Below, piece after piece: positions 12,191 through 24,900 of a stretch of 64,000 nucleotides of DNA. The notes beneath the pieces were generated by a model. It ran no database searches. It saw only the letters and a list, made by a program, of their open reading frames with translations, and was not told where the DNA came from. A program made the translations under genes and the position numbers. Positions within the stretch are counted from its first letter, which is position 1, and every line of letters starts with the position of its first letter. This DNA comes from Tubiluchus corallicola (Eukaryota > Animalia > Priapulida): positions 1-64,000 of the forward strand of contig JAQGDQ010000183.1 in NCBI GenBank assembly GCA_030141605.1. The letters are read 5' to 3'.

Positions 12191-12742
12191 AGGAAAGGAT
12201 AAGTCATTTAGCGTGTTGGATTCATTTTACTAATATCACATAAATTTAGAAAATATAACAAAGAAATTTGCAAAAAATTGTCTATAAAGCATAAATGTAA
12301 ATGTATATTACCATACTGTAGAAAGTTCGTGGCGCAATGGTTGCCGCCATTCACTTGAAATAGCGACGTAGCTGGTGGACTACATGGCTTTCCGTAAGCG
12401 CATCATGATTTTCTGTAAGCGCTTACTCCTTAAATTAATTGAAACTTCTGCACCTTACCTAATGTTCATGCAAAAAAAGCACAAAATTAGCTTCCCATTT
12501 TTTTGTAAAAACATTATTTTGGCAAAAATTGACAGTGAGCTGTTTTTCTTCAAACGATGATCGAAGTCGTTGGTGGAATAATGAGCGTTAAATTAGGAAT
12601 GCCCAAGCGTGAAATAATTGTGACTTTAAAGTGATTTTACTAATTGCACGAGGCACTTATGACATGCTTATAACTAAATTCTCTTAACATTTTTCGCAAG
12701 CATTGAAATGAGCCCGACTTCCGAAAAGACTTGGCCTTTCCT
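12191..12742. mobile_element. Kolobok-like MITE with TTAA TSD
   Basis: TTAA|AGGAAAGGATAAGTC ... GACTTGGCCTTTCCT|TTAA; second copy at ~32090-32610. Confidence 0.75.
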
Positions 12743-12892
12743 TTAACGTAATTAAGGCAAAAAGAAATTGCTTTCTTACTTTGTGTTTGTTGTGGATAAT
12801 TAGCATCATATTTTATATTAATTATCTTTAATTGCAACAAAAGTTATTGCATTTTTGTTTGGTTATTACAGAGGGCAGCCGTTTCTTATAGA

Positions 12893-13118
12893 ATGGCTGA
12901 TGCCAAACATCCCGAACAGCAGTTAGACATGCTTTCGGTTGCCAGGCAGGCAGAAGAACTGCCTGCCATGTACACAGATATGGCACGGAGCGCTGTGGAA
13001 GTGGATGATGCTGGGATAATGAACTGGAAGAACTTACCTGGGCTTCGTAGAGCATTTAAAGACGGATGTTTCCGCGTCTCACCTACGGATGTTTTCGTCG
13101 TCGGATATCCAAAAACAG
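12893..13118 (+). CDS. SULT coding exon 1
   Basis: M...DVFVVGYPKT G|gtatag. Confidence 0.9.
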
Positions 13119-16100
13119 GTATAGGGTTTCGTGATCCTTTTAACATTGCTATTCAATAATACAAACTTTATTAGATGATGTGTTTGCTTTCGCTGCTAAT
13201 TTCATTACACATTTTTATGCTTATGGTATAAGTACACAATAATTGTGGTTTGAGGTGAGGTGGATGGCTGACTTGTCACGTCGTCACTCTTGCCGTTGAA
13301 TTGCATCGAGGTTAGTCAGTCAACGAATGTGTGAACCAACTGATTTGTCATTCACTGTGATTTATTCGCCGTACTGATTCTGGCTTTTTACCTCGTAACG
13401 GAAGGACGTTTTCACATCCAACTGTGACTAAGACGCTGCTACAGTGGTTTGCCTTAGAGGATCAGCCTTGATAATTTGGCTAGATTCTGGTCTTGCCACG
13501 ATGAGCTAATTTGAGTGTTATCTCTCGTTGAAAGATGATCTCATTTCAGGCTTTCGTGTTTTTTATTTTAACTAGTAATTATGTCTAAACCAAGTGCCTC
13601 ACATTGAGGAGTTAATTAGTTTAGCACTGTCCATTTAATGTCTCCACCACTGATCACAGAATTTCATGAATGAAACTACTATTGCTATAAAGTTTGTTAT
13701 TTGTCTGGCAAGTGGCAGCTCGGATGAAATTACGAACTTCTTGTGGTACTTATACCATCTCAAATGCGCAAATAGTTCTTTTGCAATGACTTATAAATTC
13801 CAAAATTTCTTGCATGTTTCTGCTACTGTTTACAAGTATAAAATAAACAATCGTCATATAGCGTGCAGTCGTTTTCTGGAAAACATTTTAAAACACAATG
13901 TCCTTTGCATCATTTAAGCAGAGTTGCTAGCTTGGTGACCGTTTTCTGAAAATGTTCGATTAAATTTTCATTGGTTGTATTTCGTTTGCATATCATGAAA
14001 TGGAAATGAATCGTTTGCAGACCTAGTAGAGAAAGGGTTAAAGCAAAATCGGACGCAAGCTGTAGGTCAAAACAATCTGCTCTTTAAAATATTGAAAGGA
14101 GACACTATTTTTTTCAAAAATGATTTACCTGAAAGAATTATTACCACACAAACACAATTTAGCGTTTGCGCCACTGGTTCTTCACTGTTATATGAATTTC
14201 ATCATTCGCTAGTTAGACAGGCACTAGCACCGTCATTTCAGAAAGGCATTGCACAAAAGGAGGTGCTGTACCTCTCAGTTCAGATGTGTTAGTTCGTGAA
14301 GAACTACACACGTTCGACAGCTCATGCGTGAGCACAGCGTTAAATTTGAAATTTTTCATTTTAAAACTTGCCTAGTTTTAGTACAACACACTGAATATTT
14401 TACAGTAGCACTATACTTCAATTTTCGTTTCTGCAAACATGTGCAACACGCTCGTGGAATATTTTTGATGTTGAAAATTATGTTAGTTTGTGACATCATC
14501 AGCAGTTGGGCTCCCCCGTCGTTACTTAACTTTTTAACCTATTATTTAATTATCAGAAATGCTATTGCAGTATTATTAGTGTTAAATTGTATACTTTTTA
14601 TCTAACTTTAAAATAAGGTAGTATGTGAAAATTCATCCTGTTTTCCTTTAAGACAGTTGCAAAATGCTGATTTGATCCATGGTCAACTTATTATATCATA
14701 TTTGGTATCAGTTGCGGTGAAGCAGACAGATAATTGATGTGTACGTTTCAGGTACAAACTGGACGTGGCAGTTGGCGTGCCAGATTTTGTGCAAGGGTGA
14801 TCCGCAATGCATGAAGCAAGTGGTCTGGGTGCCGCACATCGAGGCTAGTCCCAGCGGAGACCTGTTCACACCGGAAAAGCATTGTGCGGAGCTTAGCGCC
14901 ATTGAAGGCGTGCGTGTCTTCACTTCACATCTGCTGTTTGAAGACCTTCCTCCTGATGTTCAAGCCGGCAAATGCAAAGTAAGCTGATATTTGTCAGTCT
15001 GTGACAACCATCAAAGGGTATTTCATTAATCTAGTTGAAGGTATATAGTACTGTATACTGTATACTTCATTTGATTTTTTTTACAATTTTTGATTCTCTT
15101 TTTGTTTTGTATATTGTGCATTGACTAAGTCTTTGTCATCATTTTCATGTATTTTTAAAACAAAGTGCAAATTCCTTATATAAGTAAACTGTTGCAACAA
15201 GCTGTTATTATAGGAGCAGCTGACCTGTCGACCGTGTGGTCCCTTTGGTGCCCCTTCTCCTTTATAGAATTTTATTTTTCGTCATAAAATTGCAAAAATT
15301 GTTGTTTTTGTGGAGAAAAATAAAGTGAATTGAATTGAATTGTTGGACATTTGTCAGAACGATAGAAAAAAGTTTAACCCAGAACTTTATGAATGTTAGT
15401 CGATATTCACGTGCTTTATAAAATCTATGCTTTCAAGCAATAATGAAATAGATATCCATCGAATACCAATAATCCACGTTGTGATTCCTGATCCATAATG
15501 TATCAAATTCCACACGGATTTCTGATCCATGAAGGTGCTTAGGTTTTCTAGATGGCATTCCTACATGTAGAAGCATTCATATATTTGTAAGCACAACATT
15601 GATAGTGAGAAAGGGTTAGGTAAGACAAAGCAGGGCAAACAATTAGGGTGTGTTTAGAAAAGAATGCGATTAGAGGAGCAGGTTAGTCAAGGGGGTTAAG
15701 TAACGTAATATGTACATAATATACAAGAAACCTAGCGTATGTATATACATTATTTGTACATACATAATACATATATCATATAATTCACTATAAATGAAAA
15801 ATTGTTTGTTCAGTAACTATTGACTACCTGTGTTTGTGTGTGTTTGTTTTTGTTTATTTTGTTAATATGTATATAATGTATATTATTACACTACACTATC
15901 ACCAGATTACGAACATTACCACTTTTCATCATATAATTCTTTCTTGCCTTTTACTATCTCCTAGTTGGATTTTTTGTGTTCCCGTTTCAATCTCAAACAG
16001 ACCACACTATATGATGTAAGTCCATGTTAAAGGTTACTTTTTAGATTTACTACTTAAAAATTAAAGCACACTTATATCTCTGTCTGTTGGACAAAAATGG

Positions 16101-19100
16101 AGAGACGTTGGTCCGAATTTGTCAATTGTCCATATTTACCGATATATATTAGACTCACGATAATGTGGTATCAATCGCCTAATGGTCTCAGAAATGTCTA
16201 GTACTAGCCTCTCCTGACATACAAGCTGCACAGTTGGTGCCGTTATGCACCGGTTGCACTGATGTAGTGATATAAACAAAGTGACGGCCTGCCGACTAGT
16301 CGTCAGTTTGCGAAACAGCGGACCATGTACGTAGTGTGCAGACTTTAGATGGTCCAGATTTTGTCCGTTTTTTCCGATATCCGCAAAAGCGAGGTCCTGC
16401 AAACCGAGATATGAGTGTAATAGTTACTCAACTCTGACAGGGCTTTAGTTTTTTTAGTTTTGCATCAGAATTCTAAACATACCTTGATGGAAATTACTGA
16501 ACGGATTGATTTTTTTTTAGATATTAGGGCGCCATTTTTAGTTCGTAATTTGTAATTTATGCTGATTATTAGCCTCACTTAAACTCCAATTCTATTCAGT
16601 CGAGAAAACCTTTCCTTTCGCCAACTAACTAACATTCTCTGGTAGATCATATTCATGGTTCGGAATCCCAAGGATGTAGCCGTTTCGTTCTATTTCTTCT
16701 TGCTGGCACACAAAGTTCTGCACAGCGACACGCAGTGGAATGAATTCTTTGATAATTTCTTGCATAGCAAAGGTACTGGCAGTCAAGCTCATGTAGAGAC
16801 AGTAGTTCTGTGTTTGTTATTGTGTAAAATCTGTTTACTCGTCTTCCCAAATACCAGTACTTTTAGAGAGGCGTTACTCTTCCTGTAAGAACCAAATTTC
16901 TGGAAATTGAGATAGTCAAAAGTTAATTCTATTGCAGTCAGATTGCATTCTAACTCACAGTAACTGATCATATTTCTGATACAGTACTGCCAATGATAAT
17001 GATGGTAAAAATAAAAAATTCTATCATTACTCTGTGCTATTTGACTTAGAACAACTGACAACTTCATTTTCAGCCTTTTTAATTTTTCTCAAAGTCAGAA
17101 AGTCATAATTTACCTGTCCTTTACATATAGAGCATGCTTCATTTAAAAGTCTCCTGATCCGGATTTGAACCAGCACCCTATTTTGCTATTGTTTCTGGGG
17201 TTATTGTCAAATAGCTTTCCTCATAATCATTATGTGATTGTCTGCTGTTTTTTCTTAAATGTTTGAACCATGTTCTATGCTGATTGGCTAATATAGACAA
17301 TTGTACTACAGTTAACGTGAGCTAGCATCCTCCTATGCTAGAAGGAAGTCATTCTTTTCTTGAGATTACCGTGGCTGATATCCAGTAATTTCTGGTGCTG
17401 TGGATTTAAGAAGCTGTGGATTTGGTCGTGCTTAAATTGGGATTCTTGAGATGAACTTGTTAGTTCAGTAAATTGCTGGCAGGTGCAGCTATTCTTTTGT
17501 TGGAGTTAAGAACTAGTCATTTTTTAACTAAACAGTAAAACTTATCTTGTTATTAGGAGTGGCGGCTCGTGAATAGGTACTGTGGAACTGCGGCACCCCC
17601 TATTTTCATTCAATATTATCGATAATATTCAATATAACAAATCTCTTTTTCTTCAGTTCGTTTTTTATACTTGTGCAAACTAGAGCAAGTGAGGGTAGTA
17701 CTATTTGCTTCATAGCCCAATACATTGTGCTCACATCTGACGCATCGCAGTGTTTGGCTGTTGCGTGGATGCGGTCATGCTAAAACATGTGTGAGATAAG
17801 ATGCTGTACCTTACGCAGTTTGTGTTGTCAGTTGTCACGTGCTTAAAAGCCGTGTACTGTCTCAGTCTTGAACTGAGATACTTTAGGCTATTTTTCGTAA
17901 GCAAACAATATTTTCTGTTTAAGATTTTATCAAGTTTATGTATAAATTTTTGTATGTTTGTTTAATTACATTACATTGCAATTACAAATTACAACATTAG
18001 GCATGTTTGTTTCGTTTTACACAGTATTAAAACAATGGCTAAAAATTTTCTGCAGCAGCCCCCCCCCCCAGTAATTTTAGCTACAAGCCGCCACTGGTTA
18101 TTAGACATGTGCGTCATTTCATTTTTTGTTTGTGTTTATTGCGTGTCTTTGTAAATGCTTTATGAGTAAACAAAAAAGTATACAAATCCCGGGCAGATTT
18201 GTAATGATACATTTAGCCAATTGCATTATAGACTTGCAAGTTTGTATACTGTAATTAGCAAAGCTGTAGCTCTTAAAGCAGTGTGTCTCAATAGGACAGT
18301 TGACTCATTATTCAGAAAAAAACTTGAAAAATGGAATATATTTATTTCTTGTTGTGATATCATGGCAAAATTAAGTATTCACTATTAAAGATTTACCTTT
18401 ACCAAAGGGGACGAATAACTAATTTTAAAATTGTGTCCCAAAATACTTTCCGTACAAAGTTATATGACTTAGCTTTATGATTACTTATTTGAAAGACTTA
18501 TTTAAATGGACAAAAAAATTCTTGGTAATTTAAAATGTTTGTGCCAGTTGGTAAAATGTCACTGACTTACCTTCCCCCAGTTTGCACCACCGACTCACCA
18601 AAAACATATTTTTAGTCTTACTGACAAGATGAAGTAATTTGTACTTTCGCTTAGTTAGTGAAGCGCCTGCTCTGAATACGAAATCATATCAAAATCAAAT
18701 CATTTATTGTTTTTCCTCATGCACAACATCGATTAAAGCTTAGTAGCATAATTATAATAGCCAATCAAATGGGAAGGGGTGGCGAAGAACATGCGTTATC
18801 ATATCAGCTACTCCAACTCAGTTCTGTTTATAAATATTTCGCATGCAGTGCAGACGATAACTAATCAAAAATAATGAAATATTATGCACTTGTTTACATC
18901 TATGTAACATAAATGAAAAATGCTAAAAATAATGCATACAATAATGAAATGAAGCGAATACGAAAGTGCTCTGATTAGTTATTATTTCAAATTTTGTCCA
19001 ATATTACCTAAACTTGTATCAAACGACTTACCATTAATGTGACTGTACCTAACGATGGTTGCGAGAGCTTAAATTTTCAAGTTTTATACAGCATTGCTGC

Positions 19101-22099
19101 TAATGCAAGCTCTGTGCACAATAAGACAGCATGTAAGTGATTTAAAATTTCAAGTGTATTATACAGTTACAATACAAAACAATTATAATACAATACAATC
19201 ACAATACAATACAATTATAATATAATACAATACAATACAGTTACAATACAATACAATTATAATACAATACAATTACAATACAATCACAATACAATACGAT
19301 TATAATGCAATACAATTATAATACAATACAATCACAATACAATACAATTACAATATTTGTACAATTTGATACTTTTTTTAGAGCTTTGTGTAAGTAAAGT
19401 GTTTTCTTGTCTTGGATAAATATGATACTAATTTCTAGCAGAGGAACCAATCTTGTGATGTTGATTGGATGATAACGCATTACAGTGGTAGTTTTTATTT
19501 CAGTACCTCAGGGAAGTTGGTTTGACTATATGAATCGGTGGTTGAAGCACAAAGACAAGCAGCATGTGATGTTTGTACAGTATGAAAACATGAAACAGGT
19601 GAGAGGTTTTAATTATGAGCAAAAATCAGTATTAATGGAAAACCGGACGATCGGGTAAACATTAGTTCAGAATAAAGAATGGTCTAGAATATTGAAAACT
19701 GCAATAGCTTTTTTCAAATCAAAACTTGGATTAAATAATAATTATCTCAGATACTCAAATTCTGTTAAATTCTTTCAAAGCTACGCGCGGTTCAGTGAAT
19801 CTACTAATACGGGCAGCGGCGTCTTTTCGTCACATTTGCATGGCTGACAAATAGAAGGCGGTACCGTGATAAGCATGATCATGAACTCCAGTGTTAGTTT
19901 CTGACGTCATATGATGTAAAGCATATTTTTTGTGACATCATGCATTTAAACAGTACTGTAACACTTGTGCAAACGTTGCTTTCACAATTTCAATGGTTAT
20001 GTTGCAGAATACCAAACAGTACATACTGGACATTGCTCGTTTCCTCGAACGACCATTAACAGACGAAGAAGCTGACCTTGTCCTGGAAAACACGAAGCTC
20101 GACAAGAGCAGGAAGGAATTCAAGGAAAAAATGTCGGAGACCTATGCCAATCCTGAAATCTTTGCTAGAAAGGGTAAATATTTGTTTTTGTACAGTCGAG
20201 CCTCGTCATACCGCCTCTGTTATAACGCCAGCCTTGCTATAATGCAGGGATGAAAATTTTCCGCGGATACGTGGAATTCCGAGTTTTTGGAAGACCAGTT
20301 ATGCCATTTTTGTAAATCGCTTAAATTCGTTGAGAAAATTTTTACGGACCCAGTACATTATTTCACAAACTGACCGCTAGTTGGCAGGCTGTCACTTTGT
20401 CTACATCACGTACATCAATGTAACCATGTGTATATCTCTATGTATAAAAATATAGAATCAATTGTGCGGAGTTATTTGAGTCAATTGCAGACAGTTTTTA
20501 TATACTTTTGCATAGGAGCGGCCAGTACTTAGGCGTTTTTGAGACAATTAGGTATCATGTGTCCTTGATGGTTGGGTATTTTAAATTATGCATGGAACAA
20601 GGTAATTGATATTTTAACTCCACCTAGAGGCTCTCTATGGTCCCAAAATTGCAATTTGTTCCTGGCTCCAAGGGGGCTCCCTTGAACCCCATTGGGGGCC
20701 TAGGTGGCGCCCAAAACCCCTGGCCTGTTTCAGAGTTTTTGCAGTCTGTCATTCTCATCCCTGATAATGCCAGCTTTTGCCGTGTCCATGTCCACAAGTA
20801 TAGGGAATACCACCAACCTCGCCTAGCTCCATCCGCCAACTTATGTGCCGTGAAAAAGTCTCTTGTGCATAATAAACTTACCCCGTTATAACACTAGCAT
20901 TCATAAAAGAACTAGAACAGGCATCATTGCCCGGTGGTATTTTCAAGGACGTGTTGCTATAGCGGTTGCTTTAAAAACCGGTCACTGGTTCGAGTCTTGG
21001 TTGGGCACATAAATTTCATTTTTTCACCACCTTTCGTGTAAGACAACTTTAATGAGAAGAATTCTCCTCTCAGTTTAAGTTGGTGAATTAAGTCAATGTT
21101 GGTCAATGTTTGATGTATATCATTTACGCTCTTCCAAGCAGTTATTTGAGCATTTGGTAATTCTACACACTGGTTGAATTTCTCCTGAATGCAACTCCAT
21201 AGAGTTCAGCATCAGAGAGGTTTTTAACTCGTCAAATTTGCACGTATTATGTAGTTTAAATTGCCCATTAAGAGCACCAAGATGAAAATGTGTATAACCC
21301 TTGCTCATGCTGGTTTTATTGTACGCAGAAACTTTTTGATTCCTAAAATTACATGAATTTGATAGGATTATGAAGATGTTGATCAGGATGATGATGATGA
21401 TGGTTGTGACATGGTGATGATGATGATGGTGATGATGTGGTGATGATGATGATGATAGTGGTGATGTGGTGATGATGGCAATGATGATGATGATGATGAT
21501 GATAATGAAGATGTGATGATGATGATGATGATGATAATGAAGATGTGATGATGATGATGATGAAGATGATAATGAAGATGTGATGATGATGATGATGATG
21601 TGATAATGATGATGAAGATGTGATGATGATGATGATGATAATGAAGATGTGATGATGATAATGAAGATGTGATGATGATGAAGATGTGATGATGATGATG
21701 ATGATAATGAAGATGTGATGATGATAATGAAGATGTGATGATGATAATGATGAAGACGTGATGATGATGATAATGATGATGATGAAGAGGCGATGATGAT
21801 GATAATGAAGATGTGATGATGATGATAATGATGAAGATGTGATGATGATGATAACAAAGATGTGATGATGATGTTAAATGATGATGACAGATGATTGTTG
21901 TAATTTTCAGTTTTGTTTCAGTATTGTGTTTTCCTTGTTCACAAATTTTGTGTTTTAACAGTCATTACTATATTTACGGTGGCCTATTGTTCCAGGTATA
22001 GTCGGTGATTGGAGAAACGTGTTCACTGTGGCCCAGGCTGAAGAGATCGATAAATTATATCGAGCAAAAATAGTAAACTGCGATTTTAACTACGTGTAA
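12893..22099 (+). CDS. Cytosolic PAPS-dependent sulfotransferase (SULT family), 6 coding exons, 314 aa
   Basis: Exons 12893-13118, 14752-14978, 16646-16772, 19504-19598, 20008-20173, 21996-22099; all GT-AG and phase-consistent (945 nt). Motifs YPKTGTNW, SHL, RNPKDVAVS, GSWFD, RKGIVGDWRNVFT, TVxxxE. Confidence 0.95.
14040..14650 (-). mobile_element. Family B TTAA-ended element copy
   Basis: Similar to 30720-31100 and 37310-37920; ends CATCCTGTTTTCCTTTAA. Confidence 0.6.
14752..14978 (+). CDS. SULT coding exon 2
   Basis: tttcag|GTNWTWQL...VFTSHLL...GKCK|gtaagc. Confidence 0.93.
16646..16772 (+). CDS. SULT coding exon 3 (127 nt)
   Basis: IIFMVRNPKDVAVSFY; branch-like CTAAC upstream. Confidence 0.93.
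17557..18096 (+). mobile_element. hAT-like MITE, family A
   Basis: TIR GAGTGGCGGCT/AGCCGCCACTG; TSD GTTATTAG on both sides. Confidence 0.85.
19165..19355. repeat. (AATAC)n pentanucleotide microsatellite
   Basis: Visible degenerate pentamer run. Confidence 0.9.
19504..19598 (+). CDS. SULT coding exon 4 (95 nt)
   Basis: VPQGSWFDYMNRWLKHKDKQHVMFVQYENMKQ|gtgaga. Confidence 0.93.
19630..19920 (+). mobile_element. TTAA-ended dispersed repeat
   Basis: Inverted copy at ~40155-40439 ending CCGGTTCTCCTTTAA. Confidence 0.6.
20008..20173 (+). CDS. SULT coding exon 5
   Basis: NTKQYILDIARFLERPL...IFARK G|gtaaat. Confidence 0.93.
20245..20763 (+). mobile_element. hAT MITE (CAGGGATGA termini), nested in a pogo/Tigger-like relic starting at 20193
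   Basis: TIR CAGGGATGAAAAT/ATTCTCATCCCTG; very similar to 59156-59612; partial TSD ATAATG; host begins TA|CAGTCGAGCCTCG. Confidence 0.85.
21370..21895. repeat. (GAT)n compound microsatellite
   Basis: GATGATGAT runs with interspersed GAAGATGT; source of the spurious ORF 21120-21857. Confidence 0.95.
21996..22099 (+). CDS. SULT terminal exon
   Basis: tccag|GIVGDWRNVFTVAQAEEIDKLYRAKIVNCDFNYV*. Confidence 0.93.
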
Positions 22100-22899
22100 A
22101 AGTGTAAAAGATCTTGCGGTTGATCAGGGAGACAACTAGAGCTGAGGTCCCAACATCAATGGCTGATTAGCATGGATGTTCTTCTGACGTTCTGAGATTG
22201 TGTGCAATTTCTGCACGAAACATTGTTCCTGTTAAACAATGAAAAGCAGTTACCAATCATGGTTTAACAAGTGTCAAGTTGTCTTGACTAACGGTTAATT
22301 GATCAACTCTCGATGGATCAAGAACCACGACCATTGCGAGACCTGCCAACCACTTGATGTAAAAATGAGCGTGAAACGCAGAAATGCCGGCAACGATTCC
22401 GCAGGGGTCGCGGGGGCAAATTATGCTGCAGAAATTTTTGATTTATTAGGTGTTGTAATCAAATTATTAGAAAATAGGGCAAAAAATTCAAAGTAATTTT
22501 GGCTGGTCGAACTTTCTTATGCTATTATTCCAGTTCATTATGCTTTAGCATATGTTCTTTTGTATATATGAAAAAGGCTCAATAGCAAGCAAAGTGCTTA
22601 GTTTTCAATAATTGTAATACTTTTATTGTGATCCTCATGAACGCTACTGTAGTACTGAGAGCAGCACTACTTATTATGTTCTGGTTGCTACTGGTGGGAA
22701 AGAAAGCCAGGTGATTTCCAAACTTGCATGTGGGGGGGGGCACTAACATGTACTGTACAGTCTAATGCAGTTTGTACTCCCGTAAACCGTAAACAAATCG
22801 GGTTTGCCATGTATAGATATACAATTAAAAATATAATTTTGTTTCAGTAAAATTAATTTTGTTGTATAGTGGATAGTGCGCTGTATTGGTTGTGTGTTA

Positions 22900-23191
22900 G
22901 CTGCTTATTGATGCTTTAGGAATGGCAAAGCTACGAAGAGTCTGATTATAAAATGACACGTTTATTAAACATCGACACAATAAATATAATAGATAGCAAT
23001 GTCAAAAGCCCCTGATCTAACGGCTATCTGTACGCTCCGGCTCCCAGACTCAACCTCAGACTAATTCCTCGAGCGGGGGTCTTCGCACACTTTATATATC
23101 GTGCGCTGAGCCGCGGCACCTCAATTTCTGGATCACGTACTCACGTGACACCACTCCTTAACTGGCTTCATCATACCAGCATCTATCAACA
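22900..23191 (-). mobile_element. Possible solo LTR
   Basis: Ends ...TCAACA; TATA-like and AATAAA signals on the minus strand; no TSD confirmed. Confidence 0.3.
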
Positions 23192-23316
23192 TAATTATTT
23201 ATCATAATCTACTGCTCTTAGTATAATTTAACAGGTTCTCTTTACTGTTTCCAAGTTTTATTAAGGGTAGACGCTACTTATAAACACCTTCTTAATTACA
23301 ATAGAATAATATAAGC

Positions 23317-23511
23317 TTATGAAATAGTACACCTATTATTGAGGTCTGTAAAAATATGTGTTACATTTTCAACGTCTATTTCGTCTTTGTTCAGGTGCAT
23401 GTGGGCTAAGCCGTTTAACCGCTCTTCTCCAGTTCTGCTGTGAATGAAAGTTTTCAACGCACGCAGGACAGAGGTGCTTGTAGACACTGGAATGACTCCA
23501 GCAATTGTCAA
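23317..23511 (-). pseudogene. hAT transposase C-terminal dimerization-domain relic
   Basis: LRALKTFIHSRTGEERLNGLAHMHLN resembles the hATC consensus. Confidence 0.7.
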
Positions 23512-24224
23512 CAGTGAATATAATGTAGACAGTTAAGCTTTTCTAGTTATTCACATATCCCAAATCTCCATTTCATGAGGTTCATTTTGATACCAAGCTC
23601 ATCGCTCTATGTTATTTCTAAGGTGAGATAATCCACGTTGAAGTTGAGGTGCACACTGAAGAACATAACCTCGAGAAAATCACTGTTAAAGCTAGCCATT
23701 GTTTTTTGTCACATTTCTACAAAACACTTAGCAACCGTATGAGCGGATGGTTGCTATGGACTTTGCAAGAACATATTGAAGTTATCTTTAAATACAGTAG
23801 ATGGCTCTTCCTAATGAAGATCTGTGCTTGGCAATAGTAAAAATCCAAAGCAAAATGACTGCTTCCACGAGCTACAATCAGAGTTTGAAAATACAAGTAT
23901 TTACAATTGCAGTACTAGTTTTTATCCAGAAAAGTTGATATTTGGCTTATAAAATTAGTTTTAAGCATTTTTTGAACACTTTCTTGATAATTTGAAGCTA
24001 GAATATAAAGTCCAATACATTTAGCATCGGTTTTTATAAAAAAAACAAAAACTTGACATTTGAATAAATTTTTAGTGCATTCTACTTTGAAGCATCATAA
24101 CGTAGTTTTAACTATGCTGACTTACGGGCATGTGCTATAGCCTTACTAGCCTAATGGTTAATCCGCCTTTGCTAATAGCTAGCCCCAAATGGCCCCCAGT
24201 GAACCCTTTAATTGTAAAATCTAT

Positions 24225-24900
24225 TGTAGAGATCTGGAATATTCTATAGTATGGTAGAACAATCTTCTTACCTTGAAGAAGATTCGAGAACTTTGTATAA
24301 GCGATGCACGTAGTAGTTTCTAGATTGTTCATTTGCACTGATATATATAAGGCGGAGTTGACCGAGTTTATTCTCGTATTCTCAGACATGCTTTCTACCT
24401 TTCATGTTTCTAGATTATCACTTGACTGTGTATATTTCGCGTGGTTGCAGTGTCAAATTCAATTTTGAACTGTTGGTCTTGGATGTTGTCTTCAACATCC
24501 AAACTAGGAGAATCTTCGTTAACTTCGCCGAAGATCGCCTTGACAAGCTCATCTTCCGCAATTCTCCTCACGGACTTCCCAGATTTCTGGTCCCGTTGCT
24601 TCTTCCTGTAAACAGCCTCCAAATGTCCTTTCTTGTCACAGAAATGGCACTTGGCATCTTTGTAGGGACAGTCTGTCACTTTGTGGGCCTTTCCACAACG
24701 GTAGCACTTTGTATCCGTGTCTGTGGAATTTGATTGCCGATGGTTCCTTCATTGACCCTTGTTCTGGTTCAGCTTGACTTTGTTGACAGGCTTGGCCAAG
24801 GAACAGTAGAATATTCTATAGGTTAGTAGAAAAATCTTCTTACCTTGTAGGTAGAAGATTCGAGATCTCCACAACAAAATTCACGACAAGAAGGACCTGT
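24225..24900 (-). mobile_element. Ty3/Gypsy relic: gag zinc knuckles flanked by LTR-like direct repeats
   Basis: CYRCGKAHKVTDCPYKDAKCHFCDKKGH twin-knuckle motif; ~50-bp direct repeat GAATATTCTATAG...AGAAGATTCGAGA at ~24237 and ~24808. Confidence 0.65.

Noticed and set aside
21120-21857. 245-aa His/Ser/Ile-rich ORF
   Set aside because: Translation of a (CAT)n microsatellite antisense within a SULT intron
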